From contig CAVPSB010000019.1 in assembly GCA_963708025.1 (NCBI GenBank), positions 160,001-224,000 on the forward strand: DNA of 64,000 nt, given 5' to 3'. The stretch comes from an uncultured Candidatus Rokubacteria bacterium. GTDB lineage: Bacteria; Methylomirabilota; Methylomirabilia; Rokubacteriales; DASRDR01. The translations under genes were made by a program, and so were the position numbers. Shown here piece by piece: positions 38,408 to 48,702 of this stretch. Positions within the stretch are counted from its first letter, which is position 1; every line of letters starts with the position of its first letter. The notes under the pieces were generated by a model. That model made no database searches, was not told the DNA's origin, and saw only the letters and a list, made by a program, of their open reading frames with translations.

Positions 38408-39656
38408 ATGAAGGCCTCCCGCGCTCTCCCGGCACTCGCGGTCGTCCTGGTCCTCGCGGTCTTGGCTGGCGGGGCCCGCCGCCGCCCAGGGCCCGATCAA
38501 GATCGGCGAGATCAACTCCTACTCCGGGGTCGGCGCCGCCTTCACGGCCCCGTACCGGGCCGCCCTCGAGATGGCCCTGGAGGAGATCAACGGCAAGGGC
38601 GGGGTGCTCGGCCGGAAGATCGAGGTCGTCTTCCGGGACGACAAGCTGCGGCCGGACGAGGGGATCAAGCACGCCCAGGAGCTGGTCTTCCAGGAGAACG
38701 TGGACTTCCTGATGGGCACCTTCTCCTCCGCGGTCGGGCTGGCGGTGTCCGACTTCGCGCTGAAGAACAAGAAGCTCTTCCTGGCGGCGGAGCCGCTCAC
38801 CGACGCGCTCACCTGGCAGAAGGGCCATCGCTACGTGTTCCGGGTGCGCCCCAACACCTGGGAGCAGGGCCGGATGCTGGCCGACCGGGCGGCGAAGATC
38901 CCGGCCGCCAAGTGGGCCAACATCGGACCCGACTACGAGTACGGGCACAGCGCCTGGGAGAACTACTGGAAGCGGCTGACGGAGCTGAAGCCGGGCGTGA
39001 GCGAGGTCTCCTCCTCGTTCCCCAAGCTCGGCGCCGGCCAGTACCTGGACCACATCAACAAGCTGATCGCCGCCGGCCCCGACGCCCTCTTCACCTCGCT
39101 CTTCGGCGGCGACTGGATCGCCTTCGTCAAGCAGGCCGCCCCGTTCGGGCTCTTCACCGGCGACAAGAAGAAGTTCATCGTCGGCATCCTGCTCGGGGAG
39201 CCGGAGTACATCGATCCCCTCGGGAAGGACGCGCCGGAGGGGATGCTGGTGACCGGCTATCCCTGGTACGGGATCGACACGCCGGCCCACAAGGCCTTCG
39301 TCGAGCGCTACGGGCGATTCGTGAGCCAGAAGTACCCGAACCTCGCGAAGTACCCGTACCAGGGCTCGCTGGTCGGGTACATCACCATGGTGTCGATGGC
39401 CGAGGCCATCCGGAAGGCGGGCACCACCGACACCGAGAACGTCGTGAAGGCGCTGGAGGGGCTCCGGGTGGACACCCCGGTCGGCGCGATCACGTTCCGG
39501 CCCTCCGACCACCAGTCGACGATGGGGGCCTGGGTGGGCACCACCCGGTTCGACCCCCAGCGCGGCGTCGGGATCATGGTGGACTGGGAATACGTGGCGG
39601 GCGAGAAGATCCTGCCCTCGGACGAGGAGGTGCGGAAGCTTCGCCCAGGTAGCTGA
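38408..39656 (+). CDS. Liv-type ABC substrate-binding protein (frameshift near 38475)
   Basis: Signal peptide, then IKIGEINSYS, EINGKGGVLGRKIEVVFRDD, FRPSDHQSTMGAWVG. Confidence 0.87.
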
Positions 39657-39692
39657 CCCTGCGCCGCCACGCCCACGAACCCCGCTCCGACA

Positions 39693-39731
39693 CCCTCTCC
39701 CCCCACGGGGGAGCGGGTCGGGGTGAGGGGG
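39693..39731. repeat. REP-like CCCTCTCCC...GGGTGAGGG palindrome
   Basis: CCCTCTCCCCCCACGGGGGAGCGGGTCGGGGTGAGGGG. Confidence 0.6.
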
Positions 39732-39735
39732 CCCG

Positions 39736-41577
39736 ATGACCCTCAGCCAGTTCGCGTTGCAGAGCCTGGCCGGCCTGGCCAACGCGATGTTCCTCTTCCT
39801 GGTCGCCTCCGGCCTCTCGCTGATCTTCGGCGTCTCCCGCATCGTCAACTTCGCCCACGGCTCCTTCTACATGCTGGCGGCCTACCTCACCCACACGCTC
39901 CTGTCGGTCCTGCCCGCCTCGCCGTGGCGCTTCTGGCTCGCGCTCCTCCTGGCGCCGGTGGCGGTGGCCCTCCTCGGCGGCCTCGTCGAGGTCGCCCTGC
40001 TGCGGCGCATCTATCGCGCGCCGGAGCTCTACCAGCTCCTCCTCACCTTCGGCCTCGTCCTGATCGCCGGCGATGCCGTCCGCTACCTGTGGGGGACCGA
40101 GAACCGGAGCGTGCCGCTCCCGCCCGGGCTCGCCGGCTCGGTCTCGGTGCTCGGACAGCCGTTTCCGGCGTACTACGGGCTGGTCGTCCTCCTGGGCCCG
40201 CTGGTGACGGCATGGCTCTGGTGGCTCCTCTACCGCACGCGCTGGGGCGTCCTGCTCCGCGCGGCCACGGCCGACCGGGAGATGGTGGCGGCACTCGGCG
40301 TGGACCAGCGGCGGCTCTTCACGGCCGTCTTCGTGTTCGGCTCGTGGCTGGCCGGGCTCGGCGGCGCCCTGGCCGCCCCGCTGGTCGCGCTGACCCCCGG
40401 GATGGACACGGCGATCATCGTGGAGGCCTTCGTCGTGGTGGTCGTGGGCGGCATGGGGAGCCTCGGCGGGAGCCTGCTGGCCGCCGTCCTGATCGGACAG
40501 CTCCAGTCGTTCGGGATCCTGGTCCACGAGCGGGCGTCGCTCATCCTGGTCTTTCTCCTGATGGCGCTGGTCCTCGTCGTGCGACCGTGGGGTCTGCTTG
40601 GCCGGCCGCCGGCCGGCGGCGCCGCCGCGGCCCGGGAGGGCGGGGCCGACGTGTGGCGGGGTCCCCTCGGGCGCCCCCTCGGCTGGGGCGCCGCTGGAGT
40701 CGTCGGGCTGGCCCTGGCGGCCTCGGTCCTGCCGGCCTTCTCGCTGCTGATCGGCGCCGAGGTCCTGGCCTTCGTCCTCTTCGCCGCCAGCCTCCACCTC
40801 CTCTGGGGCTACGGCGGCATGGTCTCGTTCGGGCACGCGGCCTACTTCGGCCTCGGGGCCTACGGCGCCGCGCTCGGGCTCGTCAAGGCGCAGCTCGCGA
40901 TGCCGCTGGCGTTCCTGCTCGGCCCGCTCGTCGCCGCGGCGGCGGCCGCCGTCTTCGGCGTCTTCTGCGTGCGCCTCACCAGCATCTACTTCGCGATGCT
41001 CACGCTGGCGTTCGCCCAGATCGCCTACACGGTGGTCTTCCAGTGGTACGGCTTCACCGGCGGCGACAACGGCCTCCTCGGCGTGTGGCCGCCGCCGTGG
41101 CTCGCGGGGCCGGCGCGCTACTACCTCTTCGCCCTCGGGGTGGCGGCGGCCGGCGTCGCCCTGCTCTTCTGGGTGACCCAGAGCCCCCTCGGGCTGGCGC
41201 TCCGCGCGATCCGGGAGAATCCGCGCCGGGCGGAGGCGGTGGGGATCGACGTCCGGCTGCACCAGTGGGTGGCCTTCGTCCTGGCCGGGCTCGTCGCCGG
41301 GCTGGCCGGGGCCGTCTACGTCTTCCAGAAGGGGAGCGCGTTTCCCAACTACCTCTCCGTCGAGCGGTCGATCGAGCCGCTGGTCATGATCCTGCTCGGC
41401 GGCGTCGCCAGCTTCCTGGGCCCGGTGCTGGGCGCCGCCGCCTTCACGCTGCTCGACACGGTGGTCACGAAGTACCTCCACTACTGGGGCGCCGTCCTCG
41501 GAGTGGTGCTGACCGGCCTGGTCGTGCTCTTCCCGCACGGCCTCCTCGGCGCGCGGCGCTCGAGGAGTGCCTCGTGA
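39736..41577 (+). CDS. Fused LivH-LivM ABC permease
   Basis: GLSLIFGVSRIVNFAHG (LivH half) and GMVSFGHAAYFG / YFAMLTLAFAQ / TGGDNG (LivM half) in one frame. Confidence 0.9.
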   Translation: MTLSQFALQSLAGLANAMFLFLVASGLSLIFGVSRIVNFAHGSFYMLAAYLTHTLLSVLPASPWRFWLALLLAPVAVALLGGLVEVALLRRIYRAPELYQLLLTFGLVLIAGDAVRYLWGTENRSVPLPPGLAGSVSVLGQPFPAYYGLVVLLGPLVTAWLWWLLYRTRWGVLLRAATADREMVAALGVDQRRLFTAVFVFGSWLAGLGGALAAPLVALTPGMDTAIIVEAFVVVVVGGMGSLGGSLLAAVLIGQLQSFGILVHERASLILVFLLMALVLVVRPWGLLGRPPAGGAAAAREGGADVWRGPLGRPLGWGAAGVVGLALAASVLPAFSLLIGAEVLAFVLFAASLHLLWGYGGMVSFGHAAYFGLGAYGAALGLVKAQLAMPLAFLLGPLVAAAAAAVFGVFCVRLTSIYFAMLTLAFAQIAYTVVFQWYGFTGGDNGLLGVWPPPWLAGPARYYLFALGVAAAGVALLFWVTQSPLGLALRAIRENPRRAEAVGIDVRLHQWVAFVLAGLVAGLAGAVYVFQKGSAFPNYLSVERSIEPLVMILLGGVASFLGPVLGAAAFTLLDTVVTKYLHYWGAVLGVVLTGLVVLFPHGLLGARRSRSAS

Positions 41578-41588
41578 CGCTCGGGGAG

Positions 41589-41651
41589 ACGCGCGGCGGA
41601 GACCCCTTGGCGCGCGGCCGAGACCCCCAGGCGCGCGGTCGAGACCCCCAG
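41589..41651 (+). repeat. Three tandem 21-bp repeats
   Basis: ACGCGCGGCGGAGACCCCTTG / GCGCGCGGCCGAGACCCCCAG / GCGCGCGGTCGAGACCCCCAG. Confidence 0.8.
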
Positions 41652-41691
41652 GTGGGGGGTCCAGGGGGGAGCGGTTGGGACTCCCCCCCTG

Positions 41692-42424
41692 TTGGAAGTC
41701 CGGGGGCTCCGGAAGCGCTTCGGCGGCATCGCCGCGGTGGACGGGGTCGACCTCACGCTGGCCCCCGGCGAGGTGCGCGCGCTCATCGGGCCGAACGGCG
41801 CCGGGAAGACCACCTTCTTCAACCTGCTGACCGGCCACCTCGTCCCCGACGCCGGGACCGTGCGCTTCCGCGGCGAGGCGCTGGACGGCCTGGCGCCCCA
41901 CCGGATCTGGCGCCGGCGTCTCGCCCGGACGTTCCAGATCCCGGCGGTCTTTCCCGACCTCACGGTCGTCGAGAACGTGCAGGTGGCGCTGGTCTCCTGG
42001 GCCGGGCGGACCCTGTCGCTGGTCGGCCGGGCCGTCGGCCTCGAGCGCGAGCGCGCGGAGGCGCTGCTCGAGCGGGTCGGGCTCGCCGACGCAGGCCGGC
42101 CGCCGCGCCGGCGTCCTGCCCTACGGCGACCTGAAGAAGCTCGAGGTGGCCATCGCGCTGGCCAACGACCCCGAGCTCCTGCTCCTCGACGAGCCGACGG
42201 CGGGGATGGCGCCGGCCGAGCGGCGGGCGCTGATGGGCCTGGTGGAGACGATCGGCCGCGCCGGCGGGCTGACGCTCCTCTTCACCGAGCACGACATGGA
42301 CGTGGTCTTCGCGGTGGCCGATCGGATCACGGTGCTCCACCAGGGGCGGGTCATCGCCGAGGGGACGCCCGCGGACGTCCGCGCCGACGCGGAGGTGCAG
42401 CGCGTCTACCTGGGGGAGCTGTGA
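41692..42424 (+). CDS. livG: Liv-type ABC ATPase (frameshift near 42100)
   Basis: IGPNGAGKTT, LARTFQI, LLDEPTAG, EHDMDVVF, VQRVYLG. Confidence 0.88.
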
Positions 42425-42494
42425 GTCGGCGAGGCCGGGCCCGACTACCCCCGGCCGGCTCGCGCCTGGCGTTCCCGGTGGGCATTCGCGGCTC

Positions 42495-43005
42495 ATGCTG
42501 TACCCGGAGCCTCACCGGCTCCCAGTGTCGTTCGCGCTGATCGGCCTGAGCGCCGCTGGGGCCTGGGCGCTGCTTCGAGGCGGTCCGGCTGGCTGCGTTG
42601 GTGCTCCGGGGTCGGGCTGCTCCTGGGGTGCGCGCTGCTCGTCGCCTGGGCCACCTACGGGCCGTTCGCCGACTGCCGCCTGGCGTGACGCCCGCCGCGA
42701 TCCGCGCGGTCGCCGCCGGCATGACCGAGGGAGAGGTGGTCGCCATCCTGGGGCCGCCGGTCGAGACGCGACGCTGGGACGGGAGCGAGGCGCTCCTCGT
42801 CTATGCGCGCTCGCATCTCCTCGGGCCGTGGGCGCCGAGGCTGTGGGTCCACCTGCGCGACGGGCGAGTCACGGTGATGGCGGGGCACCTGGACCCGTTG
42901 CTGTTCGACAAGCGGCTCGTCTACTACCTGCAGATCGACGACGAGCGTACCGAGACGGCAGACTTCGCGTCCACCTTTCGCCCCTGGTGGGGGGTGGGGA
43001 GGTGA
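42495..43005 (+). CDS. Hypothetical membrane-anchored protein with a SmpA/BamE-like segment (probable frameshift)
   Basis: Hydrophobic N-terminus; AGMTEGEVVAILGPP in ORF 42598-43005. Confidence 0.45.
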
Positions 43006-43719
43006 GCGGCGCGATCCTGGAGGTGGAGGGTCTCGACGCGTACTACGGACTCTCGCACGTCCTCTTCGGCGTCACGCTCGAGGCGGCGCCGGGCGAGGTG
43101 GTCGCCCTGCTCGGCCGGAACGGCGCCGGCAAGTCCACGACCCTCCGGAGCGTCATGGGGCTCCTGCCGCCGCGGGCCGGCCGGGTCGTGTTCCGGGGCC
43201 AGGACGATCACGGGGTGGCCGCCCCACCGGGTCTGCCGGCTCGGGGTGGGGTTCGTGCCGGAGGATCGGCGCATCTTCCCGGACCTGACCGTGCGCGAGA
43301 ACCTGGAGGTGGGCCGCCGGCGGGGCCGCGGAGACGTCGGTACGTCCTGGACCGAAGAGGGGATCTACGAGTTCTTCCCGGTCCTCGGGGACCGGCGGGA
43401 GCAGAAGGGGGGGACCCTCTCGGGCGGGGAGCAGCAGATGCTGGCGATCGCGCGGACGCTCATGGGGAACCCGGAGATCCTGCTGCTCGACGAGCCCTCG
43501 GAGGGTCTGGCCCCGGTGGTGGTCCGGGCCCTCCTCGACCGGCTGATCGCCCTCAAGGGACGCGGGCAGACCATCCTGCTGTCGGAGCAGAACCTGAGAT
43601 TCGCCACGCGGCTGGCCGACCGCGCCTACATCCTGGAGCAGGGGCACGTGCGCTACGCGGGGACCATCGCCGATCTCATGGCGAACGAGCCGGTCCGCCG
43701 CGCCCACCTGATGGTGTAG
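43002..43719 (+). CDS. livF: Liv-type ABC ATPase (frameshift near 43205)
   Basis: LGRNGAGKSTT, VPEDRRIF, LSGGEQQMLAIARTL, LDEPSEGLAP. Confidence 0.9.
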
Positions 43720-43734
43720 GGTGGAGCGACGCTC

Positions 43735-44610
43735 ATGACCTACCGGGTCGCGCGGTCGCTGGCCGAGGTCGAGGCGACGCTGTCCCGGCCGGGCGCGCCC
43801 CCGCTCATCCTGGCCGGCGCGACGGACCTGATGGTCCGGGCCCGGGAGCGCGTCGCGAGCGAGGACGTCCTGGACGTGGCGGCGGTACCGGAGCTGCGGC
43901 GCGTCGCGCTCGAGGGCGAGACCCTGGTGCTCGGGGCCGGCGTCACCTACACCGACTGCCTGACCGACCCGCTCATCGCCCGGGTCTGCCCCCTGCTGGT
44001 CCGGGTCGCCGAGCGGTTCGCCTCGCCGCAGATCCGCCACGCGGCCACCCTCGGCGGCAACGTCGCGAACGCGTCCCCGGCCGCGGACGGCGTGGCCGCC
44101 CTCTGGGCGCTGGACGCCCAGGTGGACGCCTTCACGCCCGGCGGCCTCGTCTCGCGTCCGATCGCGGAGGTCGTCCAGGGCCCGGGACGGCTCGGGCTGC
44201 CGGCCGGGAGCCTCCTGACCGCCTTCCGGGTGTCGGTCGCCGTCCCCGGCGAGGGAGCGGCGTTCTACAAGCTGGTGAACCGCGCGTGGCCCGGGCATCC
44301 GATGGCCATCTCGGTCGCCAGCGTGGCCGCCCGGCTCCGCCTGGACCCCGAGGGCCGGGTGGTGCTCGCCCGGGTCGTCATCGGCGCGGTTGCGCCGACG
44401 CCGGCGCGGGTGCCCGCGGCCGAGGCGGAGCTTCTCGGGCATGCGCCCGACCCCGACCGGATCGCCGGCGCCGCGCGCCGGACCACGGACGCCGCCCTCC
44501 CGATCGCGGACGTCCGCGCCTCGGCGGACTACCGCCGCGACGTGCTGCCGGCGCTGGCCCGGGCCGCGCTCGACTCGGCCGTGCGGGCGGCCCGGTCTGG
44601 CATCCGGTAG
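43735..44610 (+). CDS. FAD-binding subunit of a xanthine-dehydrogenase-family enzyme (NdhF-like)
   Basis: LAGATDL, ASPQIRHAATLGGNVANASPAADG, GAVAPTP, PIADVRASADYR. Confidence 0.9.
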   Translation: MTYRVARSLAEVEATLSRPGAPPLILAGATDLMVRARERVASEDVLDVAAVPELRRVALEGETLVLGAGVTYTDCLTDPLIARVCPLLVRVAERFASPQIRHAATLGGNVANASPAADGVAALWALDAQVDAFTPGGLVSRPIAEVVQGPGRLGLPAGSLLTAFRVSVAVPGEGAAFYKLVNRAWPGHPMAISVASVAARLRLDPEGRVVLARVVIGAVAPTPARVPAAEAELLGHAPDPDRIAGAARRTTDAALPIADVRASADYRRDVLPALARAALDSAVRAARSGIR

Positions 44611-44763
44611 CCGGCCCGCGACTCACGGCCTGCCGGTCGCCCTTCCGCGCGGCCCGGGGAAGCGCCGGCGCGGGTCGGCCCACGTGCCATAATGGGACGT
44701 CGAGCGACCTCATCGCCTGTCCTCGAAACGGTGCGCGCGCGCGGGTCCAGCGGCGAGCGAGAG

Positions 44764-47527
44764 ATGTCGGAGATCTGCCTCACGGTGAACGACGCGGAGG
44801 TCTGCATCCCGCTGCGTCCGGGGGTGAGCCTCCTCGACCTGCTTCGCGAGGACCTCGGGCTGACCGGGACCAAGTCGGGCTGCCTCGAAGGCGAGTGCGG
44901 CGCGTGCGCGGTCCGGCTCGACGGGCGCGTCGTCAATAGCTGCCTGGTCCCGGCCGCCAGGGCCGGCGGGGCGACGGTCACGACGATCGAAGGGCTTGGC
45001 CCGGGGCCCGGCGCGAGCCGGGACGCCGGCGCCGGACTGCACCCCGTGCAGGAGGCCTTCGTCCAGGCCGGCGCCGTCCAGTGCGGGATCTGCATCCCCG
45101 GCATGGTGATGGGGGTCGCCGCCCTGCTCGAGGTGAACCCGGACCCCACCCGCGCCGAGGCGCAGGCCTGGCTCTGCGGCCACCTCTGCCGCTGCACCGG
45201 CTACACGAAGATCCTGGACGCGGTCGAGCTGGCGGCGCGCCTGATCCGCGACGGCGCCGCGCCGGCGCGCGACACCGGCGCGGTCGGCCGGCCGGCGGCG
45301 CGCGTGGACGCCGAGGCCAAGGTGCGGGGGACGGCGCTCTACGCGGACGACTACCAGCCGCCCGGCTGCCTCCACCTCCAGGTCGTGCGGAGCCCGCACG
45401 CCTACGCGGAGGTGCTCGGCGTGGACCCGGCGCCGGCCCTCGCGCTGCCGGGGGTCGCGGCCGTCCTCACGGCGGCGCGACGTGTCGGGTCGGAACGCCT
45501 ACGGGATCATCGTCGAGGACCAGCCGGTCTTCTGCGACAGTGTCGTCCGCTACGTCGGCGATGCGGTGACGGCAGTCGTCGCCGAGAGCCGGGAGGCGGC
45601 GGAGGCCGGCGCCCGCGCGGTGCGGGTGGAGTACCGGCCGCTCGAGCCCGTCCTCTCGGTGGAGGCCGCCCGGGCGCCGGAGGCGCCGCGGCTCCACCCC
45701 GACGGCAACCTCCTCGCGCGGCCGGCCGTGCGGAAGGGCGACGTCGGCCGCGGCTTCGCCGACGCGGCAGCGGTCGTGGAAGGAACGTGGCAGACCCAGT
45801 GGATCGAGCACGCCTACATCGAGCCGGAGGCGGGGGTCGCGGAGCCCCAGGCGGACGGGAGCGTCAGCCTGATCGTGTCCACGCAGACCCCGTACATGGA
45901 CCGTGACGCGACGGCCCGGGTCCTCGGGATCCCGCCCGAGCGCGTCCGCGTGATCCAGGCCGTGACCGGCGGCGGCTTCGGTGGGAAGCTCGACCTCTCG
46001 GTCCAGCCGTACCTGGCCCTGGCCGCCCTGAAGCTCGGGCGGCCGGTCAAGTGCGCCTTCGGCCGCGAAGAGTCGGTGCTGGCGACGGTGAAGCGCCATC
46101 CCTACCGGACGCGGGTGCGGCTCGGCGCCGATGCGGCCGGCCGCTTCACCGCGGTCGAGGTCGAGATCGAGGGCGACACCGGCGCCTACGCGTCGTGGGG
46201 GCCGACCGTGATCACCCGGGCCTGCATCCACGCCAGCGGGCCGTACGTCGTGCCCCACGTGGAGGCCCGAGGGCAGCTCTGGTACACGAACCACCCGCCG
46301 GCCGGCGCCATGCGGGGCTTCTCGACGCCGCAGGTGGCGGTGGCGACGGAGGGCGCCATCGACCTGCTGGCGCTCGAGCTGGGCGTGGATCCGATCGAGC
46401 TGCGGCTGCGGAACGCGCTGCGGCGGGGGAGCGTGACCGGGACCGGGCAGGTCCTCGAGGGGAGCGTCGGCCTCGTCGAGACGCTGGAGGCCGTGCGGGA
46501 GACACGGCGCCGGCTCGATCCGCTCCCGGTGGAGGACGGCCCGTGGGTCCTGGGCGAGGGCGTGGCCTCGATGTGGTACGGGATCGGCAACACCGCGCTC
46601 TCGAACCCGGCGGAGGTGCGGGTCGAGCTGGAGGCCGACGGCCGGGTGCACCTCTACAGCTCGGCGGCCGACATCGGGCAGGGCTCCTCCACGATCCTCG
46701 CCCAGATCCTGGCCGAGACGCTGGCGTGCGAGCTCGACGCGATCCGGCTCACCATGGCCGACACCCGGCTCACGCCGGACTCGGGGAAGACCTCGGCGAG
46801 CCGGGTCGCGTTCATCGTGGGGAACGCCGTGCGGGACGCCGGCCAGGCCCTGGTCAAGAGCGTGGCCGCCGAGGGCGCGGCGCTGCTCGGGGTGGCGCCG
46901 GACCGCGTGCGGGTGCGCGGCGGCCGGGTGGAGCGGACGGACGGGCGGAGCGCGGTCGGCCTCGACGCGGTGGCCCGGGCGATCCGCGAGCGGGACGGAC
47001 AGGTGGCCTTCCGCGGCTGGTTCGATCCCCAGACGACCCCGCTCGACGCCGACGGCCAGGGGGTGCCGTACCAGACGTACGCCTTCGCCACCCAGCTCGC
47101 CCAGCTCCACGTCAACCGGGGGACCGGCGAGGTCCGCGTGCGCCGGGTCATCGCCGCCCACGACCTCGGCCGGGCCATCAACCCCCAGGCCGCCGAGGGG
47201 CAGATCGAGGGCGGCGTGGTCATGGGGCTCGGCTTCGCCCTGACCGAGGAGTACGTGCCGGGCCGGACGCTGAACTTCTCGACGTACCTGATCCCCACCG
47301 CGCTCGAGGTGCCGGAGATCGTCCCGATCCTGGTCGAGCCCGGCGACCCCTTCGGGCCGTTCGGGGCCAAGGGGGTCGGCGAGCCGGCGATGATCGCGAC
47401 GGCGCCGGCCGTGCTCAACGCGATCTCGCGGGCGATCGGCCACCGGATCTGGCGGCTGCCGGCGACCCCCGAGCGCGTCTTCCGGGCGATGCGCGGCGGG
47501 CGGTCGATCCAGGGAGATTCCCGATGA
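44764..47527 (+). CDS. Fused 2x[2Fe-2S] plus molybdopterin subunit, nicotinate dehydrogenase-like (frameshift near 45480)
   Basis: GCLEGECGAC, QCGICIPG, LCRCTGY, then GGGFGGKLD, AMRGF, WYGIGNTALSNP, ADIGQGS, TSASR, AKGVGE. Confidence 0.88.
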
Positions 47528-48702
47528 GCACCGTCATCCACAACATCGGCCAGATCGTCTCCGGGGACATCGCCGGCCCGCTGCTGGACGGCGACACCAT
47601 CGTCTGCGCGGACGGCAAGATCACCTGGATCGGGAGGTCGGCGGCCGTGGACGACGACGCCACGACGATCGACGCCATGGGGTCAACCGTCATCCCCGGG
47701 CTGATCGACTCCCACATCCACCCGGTCTTCGGCGACTTCACCCCGCGCCAGCGGGCGGTGGATTTCCTCGACTCGGAGCTGAACGGCGGCGTGACCACCA
47801 TGATCTCGGCCGGCGAGGTCCACCTGCCCGGCCGGCCGAAGGACATCGTGGGGCTCAAGGCCCTGGCGATCGTGGCCGCCCGGGCCTACCAGAACTTTCG
47901 CCCGGGCGGCGCCAAGGTCCACGCCGGCGCGCCGATCCTCGAGCTGGGGCTGACGGAGGCCGACTTCGCCGAGATGGCGCGCGCGGGCGTGAAGCTGGTC
48001 GGCGAGATCGGCCTCGGCTCGGTCAAGACGGGGCGCGACGCGGCGCCCATGGTCAAGTGGGCCAGGCAGCACGGCATGACGGTGACCATCCACACCGGGG
48101 GCCCCTCCATCGCCGGCTCGAGCCCGATCAACGCCGAGACCGTCCTGGAGGCGGATCCCCACGTCGTCGGCCACATCAACGGGGGCACGACGTCGATGAG
48201 CCCGCGCGAGATCGAGACGCTGGTCTCCGGTTCCCGGATGGCCCTCGAGATCGTCCACTGCGGCAATCCCCGCACCGCGCTGCACACCCTCCGGGTGGCC
48301 GGCGAGGCGCGGGCCTGGGACCGCGTCATCCTCGGCAACGACGCGCCGTCGGGGACGGGGGTGGTGCCACTCGGGATCCTCCGGACCCTCGCCCTGCTGG
48401 TGGCCCTCGGCGACTGCCCGGCGGAGATCGCGATCGCGATGGCGACCGGGAACACCGCCCGGGTCTACGGGCTCGACGTGGGCGTGATCGCCCCCGGCCG
48501 CGCCGCCGACCTGGTGATCTGCGACGCCCCGGTCGGATCGGTCGGCCAGACCGCCCTGGAGGCGCTCCGGGCCGGCGATCTGCCCGGCATCTCGATGATC
48601 ATCATCGACGGCGTGCCGCGCGTGGGTCGCAGCCGGAACACCGCGCCGGCGGCCCGGGCCGCCCAGGTGACGCACGGCCACGCCCCGGGCGGCGGCCACT
48701 GA
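47524..48702 (+). CDS. ena: Enamidase (amidohydrolase superfamily)
   Basis: NIGQIVSGDI, PGLIDSHIH, PRQ, GGVTTMISAGEVHLPGRPKD, HTGG, HINGG, GNDAPSGTGVVPLGILR, SRNT; closely resembles E. barkeri enamidase as I recall it. Confidence 0.85.
   Translation: MSTVIHNIGQIVSGDIAGPLLDGDTIVCADGKITWIGRSAAVDDDATTIDAMGSTVIPGLIDSHIHPVFGDFTPRQRAVDFLDSELNGGVTTMISAGEVHLPGRPKDIVGLKALAIVAARAYQNFRPGGAKVHAGAPILELGLTEADFAEMARAGVKLVGEIGLGSVKTGRDAAPMVKWARQHGMTVTIHTGGPSIAGSSPINAETVLEADPHVVGHINGGTTSMSPREIETLVSGSRMALEIVHCGNPRTALHTLRVAGEARAWDRVILGNDAPSGTGVVPLGILRTLALLVALGDCPAEIAIAMATGNTARVYGLDVGVIAPGRAADLVICDAPVGSVGQTALEALRAGDLPGISMIIIDGVPRVGRSRNTAPAARAAQVTHGHAPGGGH

Noticed and set aside
41589-41651. Tandem repeats as a CRISPR array
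   Set aside because: The units are contiguous with no spacers, and there are no cas genes. The other repeats in the window are dispersed, not arrayed.
736-48702. Long N-terminal extensions and antisense ORFs (e.g. 736-2778, 2857-6012, 16794-18908, 27464-29743, 46051-48702, 898-2340, 3969-5975)
   Set aside because: These are stop-poor shadow frames typical of very high GC DNA. They are Arg/Pro/Gly-rich, lack motifs and overlap well-supported genes.
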